This document shows positions 51,929 to 60,882 of a stretch of 64,000 bases of DNA, in pieces; within the stretch, counting starts at the first letter, position 1; each line of letters opens with the position of its first letter. This stretch comes from Pseudomarimonas sp. (GTDB lineage Bacteria > Pseudomonadota > Gammaproteobacteria > Xanthomonadales > Xanthomonadaceae), in assembly GCA_052390415.1 (NCBI GenBank), contig JBQTGY010000027.1, positions 2,485-66,484 of the forward strand, given 5' to 3'. Made by a program: the position numbers and the translations under genes. The notes under the pieces are model-generated. The model had not been told where the DNA came from, ran no database searches, and saw nothing but the letters and a program-made list of their open reading frames with translations.

Positions 51929-53452
51929 ATGAACCGTCAACTGCTCACCCTCGCCATTGCGGCGTCGCTCACGCTGGCCGCATGCGGCAGCGATGTCTCC
52001 CGTTCCAGCGCGGTCGCGCCGGTGAAGGCTGCGACAGCGGCCGAAGGTGATACCGGCGGCTCAGCCAAGGGCGACTTCGGCCCGCCGCAAGGTGAACCCG
52101 TCAACGCCGTGCTTACCAGCCCGCCGTTGGTGCCACCGGCCACCGGCCGCACCGCACCAGCCAAGGTCATCGTGAATCTGGAGGTCAAGGAAGTGGACAT
52201 GGAAATGTCCGAGGGCGTCACCTACACCTTCTGGACCTTTGGCGGCACCGTGCCCGGCAGCTTCATCCGTGTGCGCCAAGGCGACACGGTCGAGTTCCAC
52301 CTCAACAACCATCCCGACTCGAAGATGCCGCACAACATCGACCTGCACGGCGTGACCGGTCCCGGTGGCGGTGCGGCGTCGAGCTTCACGGCACCCGGCC
52401 ACAGCTCGCAGTTCACCTTCAAGGCGCTGAACGCTGGGCTCTACGTGTACCACTGCGCCACCGCGCCGGTAGGCATGCACGTCGCCAATGGCATGTACGG
52501 ATTGATCCTGATCGAGCCACCGGAAGGGTTGCCGCCGGTGGACAAGGAGTTCTACGTCATGCAGGGCGATTTCTACACCACCACCAAATATCGCGAGAAA
52601 GGCCACGCGCCGTTCGACATGCAGCGCGCGATCGACGAGAACCCCACGTATGTGCTGTTCAATGGCTCAGAAGGCGCGCTCACCGGCGACAACGCACTCA
52701 AGGCCAAGGTCGGCGAAAGCGTGCGCATGTATGTGGGCAACGGCGGCCCGAATCTGATCTCCAGCTTCCACGTCATCGGTGAGATTTTCGACAAGGTCTG
52801 GTTCGAGGGCGGCACCAAATTTCAGGAGAATGTGCAGACCACGCTTATCCCTGCAGGCGGTGCGGCGATCACCGAGTTCCGCACCGAGGTACCGGGCAGC
52901 TACGTGGTGGTCGACCACTCGCTGTTTCGCGCCTTCAACAAGGGCGCGCTGGCGATCATGAAGATCGAGGGCGAAGCGAATCTTGAAATCTACTCGGGCA
53001 AGGAAGTCGATTCGACGTATCTAGGCGACAAGGCCGCGAGCATGGCACCCGTGGCCAGTGCAGCAGCGGCCGAGAAGGCTGGCACGCTTACCGTTGAGGG
53101 CCAAGCCAAGGCCGGCGAGGCACTGTTTGCCGGCACCTGCTCAACCTGTCACCAGACCGACGGCAAGGGCATGGCGGGCGTGTTCCCGCCGCTGGCGCAG
53201 TCGGATTATCTGGCGAAGGGCAATGCCGAACTCATCAAGGTGGTGCTGAACGGCTTGAGCGGCCCGGTGAAGGTCAATGGTCAAGACTACAACTCGGTGA
53301 TGCCGCCGATGAGCCAGCTGACCGATGATGAGATCGCCAACATCCTGACCTACGTCAAAACCAGCTGGGACAACGGTGGCGGCAAGGTGACCCAGGCCGA
53401 GGTGGCCGCAGTCCGCGCCGGCACCGAGCGCCCGGAAGGCGCGGCGCATTGA
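51929..53452 (+). CDS. nirK: copper-containing nitrite reductase with N-terminal lipobox and C-terminal cytochrome c domain
   Basis: The lipobox is LTLAAC. Cu ligands are HNIDLHG and [18 protein letters not shown]. The C-terminal class I cytochrome c has CSTCH plus a distal Met (VMPPMS). 507 aa. Confidence 0.92.
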   Translation: MNRQLLTLAIAASLTLAACGSDVSRSSAVAPVKAATAAEGDTGGSAKGDFGPPQGEPVNAVLTSPPLVPPATGRTAPAKVIVNLEVKEVDMEMSEGVTYTFWTFGGTVPGSFIRVRQGDTVEFHLNNHPDSKMPHNIDLHGVTGPGGGAASSFTAPGHSSQFTFKALNAGLYVYHCATAPVGMHVANGMYGLILIEPPEGLPPVDKEFYVMQGDFYTTTKYREKGHAPFDMQRAIDENPTYVLFNGSEGALTGDNALKAKVGESVRMYVGNGGPNLISSFHVIGEIFDKVWFEGGTKFQENVQTTLIPAGGAAITEFRTEVPGSYVVVDHSLFRAFNKGALAIMKIEGEANLEIYSGKEVDSTYLGDKAASMAPVASAAAAEKAGTLTVEGQAKAGEALFAGTCSTCHQTDGKGMAGVFPPLAQSDYLAKGNAELIKVVLNGLSGPVKVNGQDYNSVMPPMSQLTDDEIANILTYVKTSWDNGGGKVTQAEVAAVRAGTERPEGAAH

Positions 53453-53453
53453 C

Positions 53454-54254
53454 ATGCGCGGCGCCGTCGCACTGCTGTTGTGTCTGGCTCCACGGCTGGC
53501 GGCAGCCGATCCGGGCTGGGCGCACCTGCCCGGTGGAGAGTTCCGTTCGGTACTTCGTTATGAAGACAGCAAGGGTTCGGTGCAGGTGGCGCCATTTGAA
53601 TTGCAGCGCCGGCCGGTCAGCAACGCCGAGTTTCTGGCGTTCGTGAAACAGCATCCGTCGTGGCAACGCGGTCGTGCGCCGGTCATCTTCGCTGAATCCC
53701 GCTACCTGGAGCTGTGGAGCGGGCCGCTGGAGTTGGGCAACAAGGTGACGCCTGAGCAGCCGGTCGTGCAGGTGAGCTGGTTTGCCGCGCAGGCCTACTG
53801 CGAGTCGCTGGATGCTCGCTTGCCCACCTGGTCGGAGTGGGAATACGCGGCTGCAGCCGATGCCACCCGCGCCGATGCGCGCAGTGACCCGGCGTGGCGC
53901 GAGCGGATTCTGGCCTGGTACTCGGTACCGTCGGGAACCGCGTTGCCCGCAGTGGGCCAAACGCCTGCCGACGTGCATGGCGTGCAGGATCTGCACGGCC
54001 TGGTCTGGGAGTGGGTGGAGGATTATTCATCCATGCTGGTCTCCGGCGACAACCGCGAGCAGGGCGATCCCGATCAACTGCGTTTTTGTGGTGCCGGCGC
54101 GCTGTCGATGGACGACCGCGAGAACTACGCCGTACTCATGCGGGTGGCGATGTTGTCCGCGCTGGAAGGTCACGACACCACACGCAACCTGGGATTTCGC
54201 TGCGCGCGCACGCTTCCAGCAATCGCTGGTCCCACTTCGGGAGTGACTCCATGA
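53454..54254 (+). CDS. nirV: formylglycine-generating-enzyme-fold protein (NirV-type, nirK accessory)
   Basis: SUMF1/FGE-sulfatase domain motifs are present (PVVQVSWFAAQAYC, LPTWSEWEYAA, GLVWEWVEDY, GFRCAR). It lies immediately downstream of nirK. Confidence 0.8.
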   Translation: MRGAVALLLCLAPRLAAADPGWAHLPGGEFRSVLRYEDSKGSVQVAPFELQRRPVSNAEFLAFVKQHPSWQRGRAPVIFAESRYLELWSGPLELGNKVTPEQPVVQVSWFAAQAYCESLDARLPTWSEWEYAAAADATRADARSDPAWRERILAWYSVPSGTALPAVGQTPADVHGVQDLHGLVWEWVEDYSSMLVSGDNREQGDPDQLRFCGAGALSMDDRENYAVLMRVAMLSALEGHDTTRNLGFRCARTLPAIAGPTSGVTP

Positions 54255-54850
54255 AAGCCCTCGTTTGCCGTCTGTTGGCCGTTTTCATGCTTGCGCTGCC
54301 ACTCACCGTGGTGGCCAGCGAATCGTTGCCGACCGACTCGATCTATCTGTTGGAGGACAGCTTTACCGACCACAGCGGCCGCGCTTTCACGCTGGCTGAT
54401 CGTCGCGGCAAAGTGCAGCTGGTAGCGATGTTCTATACCTCCTGTCGTTATGTCTGCCCATTGATCATCGACAGTGCCAAGGGCGTGGAGCACGCGCTTT
54501 CAGAAGCGGAGCGCGCTCAGCTGGGCATTCTGCTGATCAGCCTCGACCCGCTGCGCGACGACACCGCGGCGCTGGCCTCGGTGGCAAACCAGCGCAAGCT
54601 CGATCCGCTGCGATGGACACTTGCACGCACCGAAACTATCGCGAGCGTGCGCAAAGTCGCCGCCTTGCTCGGCGTGCGCTATCGCGCGCTGGCGGACGGT
54701 GAGTTCAACCACACCAGCGCGCTGGTTTTGCTGGACGCCGAAGGCAGGGTCGTTGCAAGCAGCGAGCGATTGGGAGCTGTGCCCGATCCGGCGTTCCTCT
54801 CCGCAATGAAGTCCTTGCTGATTGAACGCAGCATGCCCACGCCAGACTGA
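54251..54850 (+). CDS. senC: SCO1/SenC family copper chaperone
   Basis: Start at MKALVCRLLAVFML (ATGA overlap with nirV). The C-x3-C motif is CRYVCP, with a downstream His (FNHTS). Confidence 0.85.
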   Translation: MKALVCRLLAVFMLALPLTVVASESLPTDSIYLLEDSFTDHSGRAFTLADRRGKVQLVAMFYTSCRYVCPLIIDSAKGVEHALSEAERAQLGILLISLDPLRDDTAALASVANQRKLDPLRWTLARTETIASVRKVAALLGVRYRALADGEFNHTSALVLLDAEGRVVASSERLGAVPDPAFLSAMKSLLIERSMPTPD

Positions 54851-54870
54851 GGTCTGGGAAAAATCCTGTC

Positions 54871-55290
54871 TGATTGGCCCTGAGCTTCAGCTCGTCATTC
54901 CCGCGTGCTTTTGGCGGGAATCCAGTGAACTTATCTGCCGTCCATGAGGACAAGGTGCAATGGGCGCTGGATTCTCGCCTTCGCGCACTGCTGTCCGGGG
55001 AAATTCTCAATCGAATGCTTGGCTGACGAAGTGTGATCGCGTGTGCTTGATGCCAAAGCTCGTCGCCCCCGCGAAGGCGGGGGCCCAGCGCCATGTGGCA
55101 TTCGAGTCACTGGGTTCCCGCCTTACTCGCGCTGCGCGCTCGCCCTACGGGCCAGCTTCGCTGTTCGCTCGCTACGCTCACAGTCGCGGGAGCGACGCTT
55201 CGTTGTTTGGTTTCGCAAACCTGGCGCTCGATTTCCCCGGACAGCAGTGCGCGTTCGCGGGAGGGACTCACTGAGGTTTAGGGCCAATCA
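54871..55290. repeat. two inverted copies of the 46012-type repeat arranged with identical ends outward (MITE-like composite)
   Basis: The outer ends are TGATTGGCCCTGAGCTTCAG (54871-54890) and the reverse complement of 55271-55290, TGATTGGCCCTAAACCTCAG (17/20). Internal GTCATTCCCGCG...GCGGGAATCCAG and GTCGCCCCCGCGAAGGCGGGGGCC hairpins are present. Confidence 0.85.
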
Positions 55291-55299
55291 AGTAGCGAA

Positions 55300-55313
55300 T
55301 TGACTTGGGTCAA
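55300..55313. promoter_or_regulatory. FNR/Anr-type box upstream of ccoN
   Basis: TTGACttggGTCAA is a perfect dyad. Its centre is 62.5 nt before the ccoN ATG. Confidence 0.6.
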
Positions 55314-55368
55314 GTCGGCCTCGCTGTCGCCTGACCATACTCGTCGACAAGCAACCAAGGGCGCTCCG

Positions 55369-56817
55369 ATGACGCTGGACAACAAGGTAGAAAGCTACAA
55401 CGACAAGGTCGTGCTGCAATTCGCAGTGATGACCGTCGTCTGGGGCGTCGTCGGCATGCTGGTGGGCGTGTTGATCGCCGCCCAGCTGTATTGGCCGGCG
55501 CTGAACTTCGACACCGCATGGTTGAGCTTTGGCCGCTTGCGACCCCTGCATACCAACGCGGTGGTGTTTGCCTTCGGCGGTTGCGCCTTGATGTCGACCA
55601 GCTTGTACGTGGTGCAGCGCACCTGCCACGTGCGGCTGTTCTCGGATGGCCTGGCGGCCTTCGTGTTCTGCGGCTGGCAGCTGGTGATCCTGGCCGCCGC
55701 CATCTCGTTGCCGCTGGGCTTTACCCAAGGCAAGGAATACGCCGAGCTGGCCTGGCCCATCGACATTCTGATCGCCTTGGTTTGGGTGGCGTATGGGGTG
55801 GTGTTCTTCGGCACCATCGTCAAGCGGCGGGTGAAACATATCTTCGTCGCCAACTGGTTCTACGGCGCGTTCATCATCGCCGTGGCGCTGCTGCATATCG
55901 TCAACTCGCTCGCCATTCCTGCCGGGCCGATGCACAGCTATCCGATCTATTCGGGTGCGGTGGATGCGATGGTGCAGTGGTGGTACGGCCACAACGCGGT
56001 CGGCTTTTTTCTGACCGCCGGCTTCCTCGGGATGATGTATTACTTCGTGCCGCGCCGCGTCGGCCGACCCATCTATTCCTACCGGCTGTCGATCATCCAC
56101 TTCTGGGCGCTGATCGCCATCTACATGTGGGCTGGTCCGCATCACTTGCAGTACACCGCGTTGCCGGATTGGGTGCAGAGCGTAGGCATGGTGTTCTCGC
56201 TGATCCTGCTGGCGCCCTCGTGGGGCGGCGCGATCAACGGCGTGATGACGCTGTCGGGTGCCTGGCACCTGTTGCGCAGCGATCCGATCATCAAATTCAT
56301 GATCGTCGCCATCTCGTTCTACATGATGAGCACGTTCGAGGGGCCGATGATGTCGATCAAGACCGTCAACGCCCTCAGCCACTACACCGACTGGACCATC
56401 GGCCACGTGCATTCCGGTGCCTTGGGCTGGGTGGCGATGATCTCCATCGGCTCGATCTACATGGTGATCCCGCGTTGTCTGGGCCTGAAAGACATGGCCT
56501 CGATGAAGTTGATCGATCAGCACTTCTGGGTCCACACCATCGGCGTGGTGCTGTACGCGGCATCGATGTGGGTGGCGGGCATCGGCCAGGGCCTGATGGC
56601 GCGCGCCAGCAATGCCGACGGCACCTTGACCTACGCCTTCGCCGAGATCGTCAAGTTCAACTATCCGTACTACCTGATCCGCTTCGTCGGCGGCGTGCTG
56701 GTGATCATCGGCATGGCACTGATGGTGATCAACGTGGTGCGCACCTTCCAGTTAGCCAAGGGCCTGGTCGAAACCCCGGTGCTGATGCCAGCAGCCACTG
56801 CCGTCAGCCACGCCTGA
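55369..56817 (+). CDS. ccoN: cbb3-type cytochrome c oxidase subunit I
   Basis: Start at [39 protein letters not shown] and [14 protein letters not shown] are present. Confidence 0.95.
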   Translation: MTLDNKVESYNDKVVLQFAVMTVVWGVVGMLVGVLIAAQLYWPALNFDTAWLSFGRLRPLHTNAVVFAFGGCALMSTSLYVVQRTCHVRLFSDGLAAFVFCGWQLVILAAAISLPLGFTQGKEYAELAWPIDILIALVWVAYGVVFFGTIVKRRVKHIFVANWFYGAFIIAVALLHIVNSLAIPAGPMHSYPIYSGAVDAMVQWWYGHNAVGFFLTAGFLGMMYYFVPRRVGRPIYSYRLSIIHFWALIAIYMWAGPHHLQYTALPDWVQSVGMVFSLILLAPSWGGAINGVMTLSGAWHLLRSDPIIKFMIVAISFYMMSTFEGPMMSIKTVNALSHYTDWTIGHVHSGALGWVAMISIGSIYMVIPRCLGLKDMASMKLIDQHFWVHTIGVVLYAASMWVAGIGQGLMARASNADGTLTYAFAEIVKFNYPYYLIRFVGGVLVIIGMALMVINVVRTFQLAKGLVETPVLMPAATAVSHA

Positions 56818-56827
56818 GGACATCGCC

Positions 56828-57433
56828 ATGAGCCACGAAAAAATCGAAACCAATATCGGCTGGATGGCACTGCTGATCGCCGTCGTCATCTCCTTTGGCG
56901 GACTGGCCGAGATCATTCCGCTGATGTATCAGGCCGAAACCGTGCAACCGCTGCCGGGCGTGAAGCCCTACCCGCCATTGCAGCTGGCCGGCCGCGACAT
57001 CTATGTCCGCGAGGGTTGTTACAACTGTCATTCGCAGATGGTGCGCACCCTGCGTCACGAGACCGAACGCTACGGCCACTATTCGCTGGCCGGCGAATCG
57101 GTATACGACCGGCCGTTCCAGTGGGGCAGCAAGCGCACTGGGCCCGATCTTGCCCGCATCGGCGATCGCTATTCCGACGACTGGCACCGCGTGCACCTGA
57201 TCAATCCGCGCGATGTGGTGCCGGTGTCGAACATGCCGGGTTATCCGTGGCTGGCCGAAGAGGCGGTCGACGCCGCAGCGGTGACTCGCAACATGCGTGC
57301 CTTGCGCAGCATCGGCGATCCATACACGGATGAAGAGATCGCCGGCGCTGCTGCCGCTGTGGCTGGCAAGTCTGAACTCGACGCGCTCATCGCCTATCTG
57401 CAGGCGCTGGGCAAACACGCACCGAAGGGATAA
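56828..57433 (+). CDS. ccoO: cbb3-type cytochrome c oxidase subunit II (monoheme)
   Basis: 201 aa with the CYNCHSQ heme site, and DLARIG and NMPGYPWL. Confidence 0.95.
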   Translation: MSHEKIETNIGWMALLIAVVISFGGLAEIIPLMYQAETVQPLPGVKPYPPLQLAGRDIYVREGCYNCHSQMVRTLRHETERYGHYSLAGESVYDRPFQWGSKRTGPDLARIGDRYSDDWHRVHLINPRDVVPVSNMPGYPWLAEEAVDAAAVTRNMRALRSIGDPYTDEEIAGAAAAVAGKSELDALIAYLQALGKHAPKG

Positions 57434-57438
57434 CTCAG

Positions 57439-57579
57439 ATGATCGCCGGCATCAGCACCGTCGTCCTGCTGCTCGCCTTCATTGGCGGCGTCGCCTGGGC
57501 CTACAGCACGAACCGCAAGCCCGAGTTCGATGCCGCCGCCCGCATTCCTCTTGAAGACTCGAACGAGAACATTCCATGA
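57439..57579 (+). CDS. ccoQ: cbb3-type cytochrome c oxidase subunit CcoQ
   Basis: Not in the supplied ORF track (46 aa). My translation is MIAGISTVVLLLAFIGGVAWAYSTNRKPEFDAAARIPLEDSNENIP. It has a single TM helix and an ATGA overlap with ccoP. Confidence 0.8.
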   Translation: MIAGISTVVLLLAFIGGVAWAYSTNRKPEFDAAARIPLEDSNENIP

Positions 57580-58490
57580 CTCCCGGCTGGTCCGCCTATG
57601 TCATTTTTCTGGTCGTCCTCAACATCGTCGCCACGACGTGGTTGCTGTGGTGGACGGCGCGGCGACGCAAAGTCGACGGCAAGGCCTCCGAAACCACCGG
57701 CCACGTCTGGGACGGCGATATCACCGAGTACAACAAGCCGCTGCCGAAGTGGTGGATCAACCTGTTCTATCTGACCATCTTCTACTCGGTGGGTTACCTG
57801 ATCTGGTATCCGGGCCTGGGCAACTTTGCCGGTGCCTCGGGCTGGAGCTCGGCGAAAGAACATGACGCCGACAAGGCGGAAGCCGATGCCAAGCTGGCGG
57901 TGGCTTTCGCCCGCTTCGACGGCATGCCGATCGACGAGATCGCCAAGGACACCGAAGCACTGGCGTTTGGCTCGCGCCTGTTCGCCAACCACTGCGCCAT
58001 GTGCCACGGCTCGGATGCACGCGGCGGCAAGGGTTTCCCCAACCTCACCGATGACGACTGGCAATGGGGCGGCAGCCCGGAGGAAATCCTGACCACGATC
58101 CTGCACGGGCGGCAGGCGGCCATGCCGGCACTGGCGGCGGTGGTGGGAGGCGAGGTTGGGGTCACCGAAGTCGCCGCCTATGTGCAAAGTCTCTCCGGCA
58201 CCAAGGCCGACCCCGTACTCGCCGCCGCCGGCAAAGCCCGCTTCAGCGTCTGCGCTGCCTGTCATGGCGCTGAGGGCAAAGGCAACGTCGCCTTGGGTGC
58301 GCCGAATCTTGCCGATGACATCTGGCTGTACAGCAGGGACTTCGCCACCATCCGCAGCGGCGTGATCAATGGCCGCAACGGCATGATGCCCGCACATGCG
58401 CCGATCATCGGCGAGACGCGCACGCGCATCGCAGCCGCCTACGTCTGGTCGCTGTCGCATGGCGAGCAGCCGGCAGCGACTGCCCCATGA
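57576..58490 (+). CDS. ccoP: cbb3-type cytochrome c oxidase subunit III (diheme)
   Basis: 304 aa with two heme sites, CAMCHG and CAACHG. Confidence 0.95.
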   Translation: MTPGWSAYVIFLVVLNIVATTWLLWWTARRRKVDGKASETTGHVWDGDITEYNKPLPKWWINLFYLTIFYSVGYLIWYPGLGNFAGASGWSSAKEHDADKAEADAKLAVAFARFDGMPIDEIAKDTEALAFGSRLFANHCAMCHGSDARGGKGFPNLTDDDWQWGGSPEEILTTILHGRQAAMPALAAVVGGEVGVTEVAAYVQSLSGTKADPVLAAAGKARFSVCAACHGAEGKGNVALGAPNLADDIWLYSRDFATIRSGVINGRNGMMPAHAPIIGETRTRIAAAYVWSLSHGEQPAATAP

Positions 58491-58783
58491 AGGTCGCGGC
58501 CGAGCCGCGCTTCGATCACCCACCGCGGCCATTGGCACAGCGGCTGGGCGCGATCCTGTGGCCGAGCTTCTTCGCGGCGGGCGTGGCGACGATGGTGTTC
58601 TTCGCCTTCGTCGACCCGCTGCTGCTGCGTGACCTGACATTTCCGGAGTTGGATATCCAGCGCGGTGTGGGCTACACCTTCGGCTTCTTCATGTTCTGGG
58701 CCAGCACCGCCAGCAGCAGTCTGTTCACCTGGATCCTGCTGCGGCCTGCCAGTCGGTTCAACACGCCGCTGGCGAAGGACTGA
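58487..58783 (+). CDS. small hypothetical membrane protein translationally coupled to ccoP
   Basis: 98 aa with an ATGA overlap with ccoP. There are two hydrophobic segments (ILWPSFFAAGVATMVFFAFV and YTFGFFMFWASTASSSLFTWILL). Confidence 0.55.
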   Translation: MKVAAEPRFDHPPRPLAQRLGAILWPSFFAAGVATMVFFAFVDPLLLRDLTFPELDIQRGVGYTFGFFMFWASTASSSLFTWILLRPASRFNTPLAKD

Positions 58784-58789
58784 CGTCGC

Positions 58790-60361
58790 GTGGCCCGCTC
58801 CATTCCCATTGAACTCGTCGATGAAGTAGGTCTATACGTCTCCGAACGGAAGATCTATCCGCGCGAGCAGGACGGTCGCTTCCAGCGCCTGCGCAAGGCC
58901 GCGGTCATCTGGCTGCTGGGCATGTACTACGGCTTTGCCTGGTTGCAGTGGGGCGGGCCGGACGGGAGCGAGCGCCAAGCGGTGCTGTTCGACCTGCCCG
59001 CGCGCAAGTTCTACGTGTTTGGTCTGAGTTTCTGGCCGCAGGATTTTTTCTATCTCGCCCTGCTGCTGATCATGGCCGGGCTTTCGCTGTTTTTCTTCAC
59101 CGCCCTCGCTGGACGCCTGTGGTGCGGCTACGCCTGCCCGCAGACCGTGTGGACCGAAGTCTTCATGTGGATGGAGCGTTGGACCGAAGGTGATCGCAAC
59201 CAGCGGATGAAGCTGGATGCCGCGCCCTGGAGCCGCGACAAGATCGTGCGCAAGGGCAGCAAACACGCGCTGTGGCTGCTGTTCGCGCTGTGGACTGGGT
59301 TTACCTTTGTTGGCTACTTCACGCCGATCCGCGATCTGGCCGCGCGCCTGTCGCCGTTTGAGTGGGGCGGCTGGGAACTGTTCTGGGTACTGTTCTATTC
59401 GCTGGCCACCTGGGGCAACGCCGGCGTGCTGCGTGAACAGGTCTGCAAGTACATGTGCCCGTACGCGCGCTTTCAAAGCGCGATGTTTGATCGCAACACC
59501 CTGATCATCGCCTATGACCCGATGCGCGGCGAGCCGCGTGGCTCGCGCAAGAAGGGCCAGCTGGGCAGCGTGCTGGAGCGCGCGCGCGGCCTGCTGGGCA
59601 TGGATCTCGCCATCAGCGCCGTGGTGCATGCGGCGCAGCACCGCAGCGCCGCCGACCTGAAAGCAGGCGCGCGCGCCACCACCGGTTTGGTCGTCGATGC
59701 GCAGACCCACTTGCCGCCACCTCCCGTGATCAGCGCACCGGCGGATCTTGGCGACTGCATCGACTGCACGATCTGCGTGCAGGTGTGTCCGACCGGCATC
59801 GATATCCGCAATGGCCTGCAATACGAGTGCATCGCCTGCGGTGCCTGCGTGGACGCCTGCGACTCGGTGATGGACAAGTTGGGCTACCCGCGTGGGCTGA
59901 TCCGCAACACCACCCAGAATGATCTGGAAGGCAAGGCCTCGCGCATCCTGCGCCCACGGGTGATCGTCTATGGTTTGCTGCTGCTGAGCTTGCTGATCGG
60001 ATTCGCTTACGGCATCGCCACCCGCACGCCGTTGCTGGTGGACGCGATGCGCGACCGCAACGCGCTGTATCGGGTGGCCGCCGACGGCCAGATCGAGAAC
60101 GCCTACATGCTGCGCATCGTCAACAAGGACATGCAGCCGCATACGTTCACCATTCGCGTCGAAGGCGCAGCGGGCATCCGTCTGGTCGAAGCCGACGCGA
60201 TTCATCCCGCTGCCGCCGAAGAAGTGCTGACCGTGGGCGTGACCCTGACCGCTCCCGCCGATGTCGCCAAAGGGCGCATGGACGTCAGCTTCGTGGTCAG
60301 CAATGCGGACGGCAGTCTGCAAGTCAAAGAGGAGACGCGGTTTTTTGGGCCGCAGCCATGA
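58790..60361 (+). CDS. ccoG: cytochrome c oxidase accessory protein CcoG/FixG (polyferredoxin-like)
   Basis: CGYACPQTVWTE, CKYMCPYARFQ and CIDCTICVQVCPTGIDIR...CIACGACVDAC are present. Confidence 0.92.
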   Translation: MARSIPIELVDEVGLYVSERKIYPREQDGRFQRLRKAAVIWLLGMYYGFAWLQWGGPDGSERQAVLFDLPARKFYVFGLSFWPQDFFYLALLLIMAGLSLFFFTALAGRLWCGYACPQTVWTEVFMWMERWTEGDRNQRMKLDAAPWSRDKIVRKGSKHALWLLFALWTGFTFVGYFTPIRDLAARLSPFEWGGWELFWVLFYSLATWGNAGVLREQVCKYMCPYARFQSAMFDRNTLIIAYDPMRGEPRGSRKKGQLGSVLERARGLLGMDLAISAVVHAAQHRSAADLKAGARATTGLVVDAQTHLPPPPVISAPADLGDCIDCTICVQVCPTGIDIRNGLQYECIACGACVDACDSVMDKLGYPRGLIRNTTQNDLEGKASRILRPRVIVYGLLLLSLLIGFAYGIATRTPLLVDAMRDRNALYRVAADGQIENAYMLRIVNKDMQPHTFTIRVEGAAGIRLVEADAIHPAAAEEVLTVGVTLTAPADVAKGRMDVSFVVSNADGSLQVKEETRFFGPQP

Positions 60362-60858
60362 ACGTGCAACCTGTGCAAAAACAGTGGCGCCGCAATCCGG
60401 TGGCCTGGCTGATGATCGCGATCCCCGCCGCCACCGTGGTCGCAGGTTTCTGGACGCTGTGGCTCGCCGCCAGCGAGAGCGGGGTGGATACCAATCCCGA
60501 TCTGGTGCGGCGGACAGCGCAGGTACAAGTGACCTCGCTTGCGCCTGACGAGGCCGCATCGCGACTGGGGCTGAGCGCCCGCCTGTGGGCGGACGGCGAC
60601 ACCTTGCTGGTGGCGGTGATGCCTGCGGCCGGCCCACTGGCTCCGCAATTGCAACTTGTGCATCCGATCGAAAGCAGTCTGGATCGCGATCTGCCGCTGA
60701 CGCCGGATCCACGCGGCTGGCGTGTCGACGGGACGCTCGCCAGCAAGGAAGCCTGGCACGTACGCCTGCTCGCTGCGGACGGCAGCTGGCGCCTGGTTGG
60801 GCGCTATCGTCCAGGCGCCACTGAAGTTGTCTTTCAGCCGGCGGTTTCGGTGCAATGA
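60358..60858 (+). CDS. ccoH: FixH-like protein
   Basis: 166 aa. The N-terminus has WRRNPVAWLMIAIPAATVVAGFWTL. It sits between ccoG and ccoI and overlaps the ccoG stop. Confidence 0.6.
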   Translation: MNVQPVQKQWRRNPVAWLMIAIPAATVVAGFWTLWLAASESGVDTNPDLVRRTAQVQVTSLAPDEAASRLGLSARLWADGDTLLVAVMPAAGPLAPQLQLVHPIESSLDRDLPLTPDPRGWRVDGTLASKEAWHVRLLAADGSWRLVGRYRPGATEVVFQPAVSVQ

Positions 60859-60882
60859 ACGCGCTGGCATGACGGCGCCGGC

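Noticed and set aside
58832-60712. 626-aa ORF antisense to ccoG and the fixH-like gene.
   Set aside because: Its Arg/Ala/Gly/Pro-rich composition is typical of antisense frames in GC3-saturated genes. The sense strand encodes well-recognised CcoG motifs.
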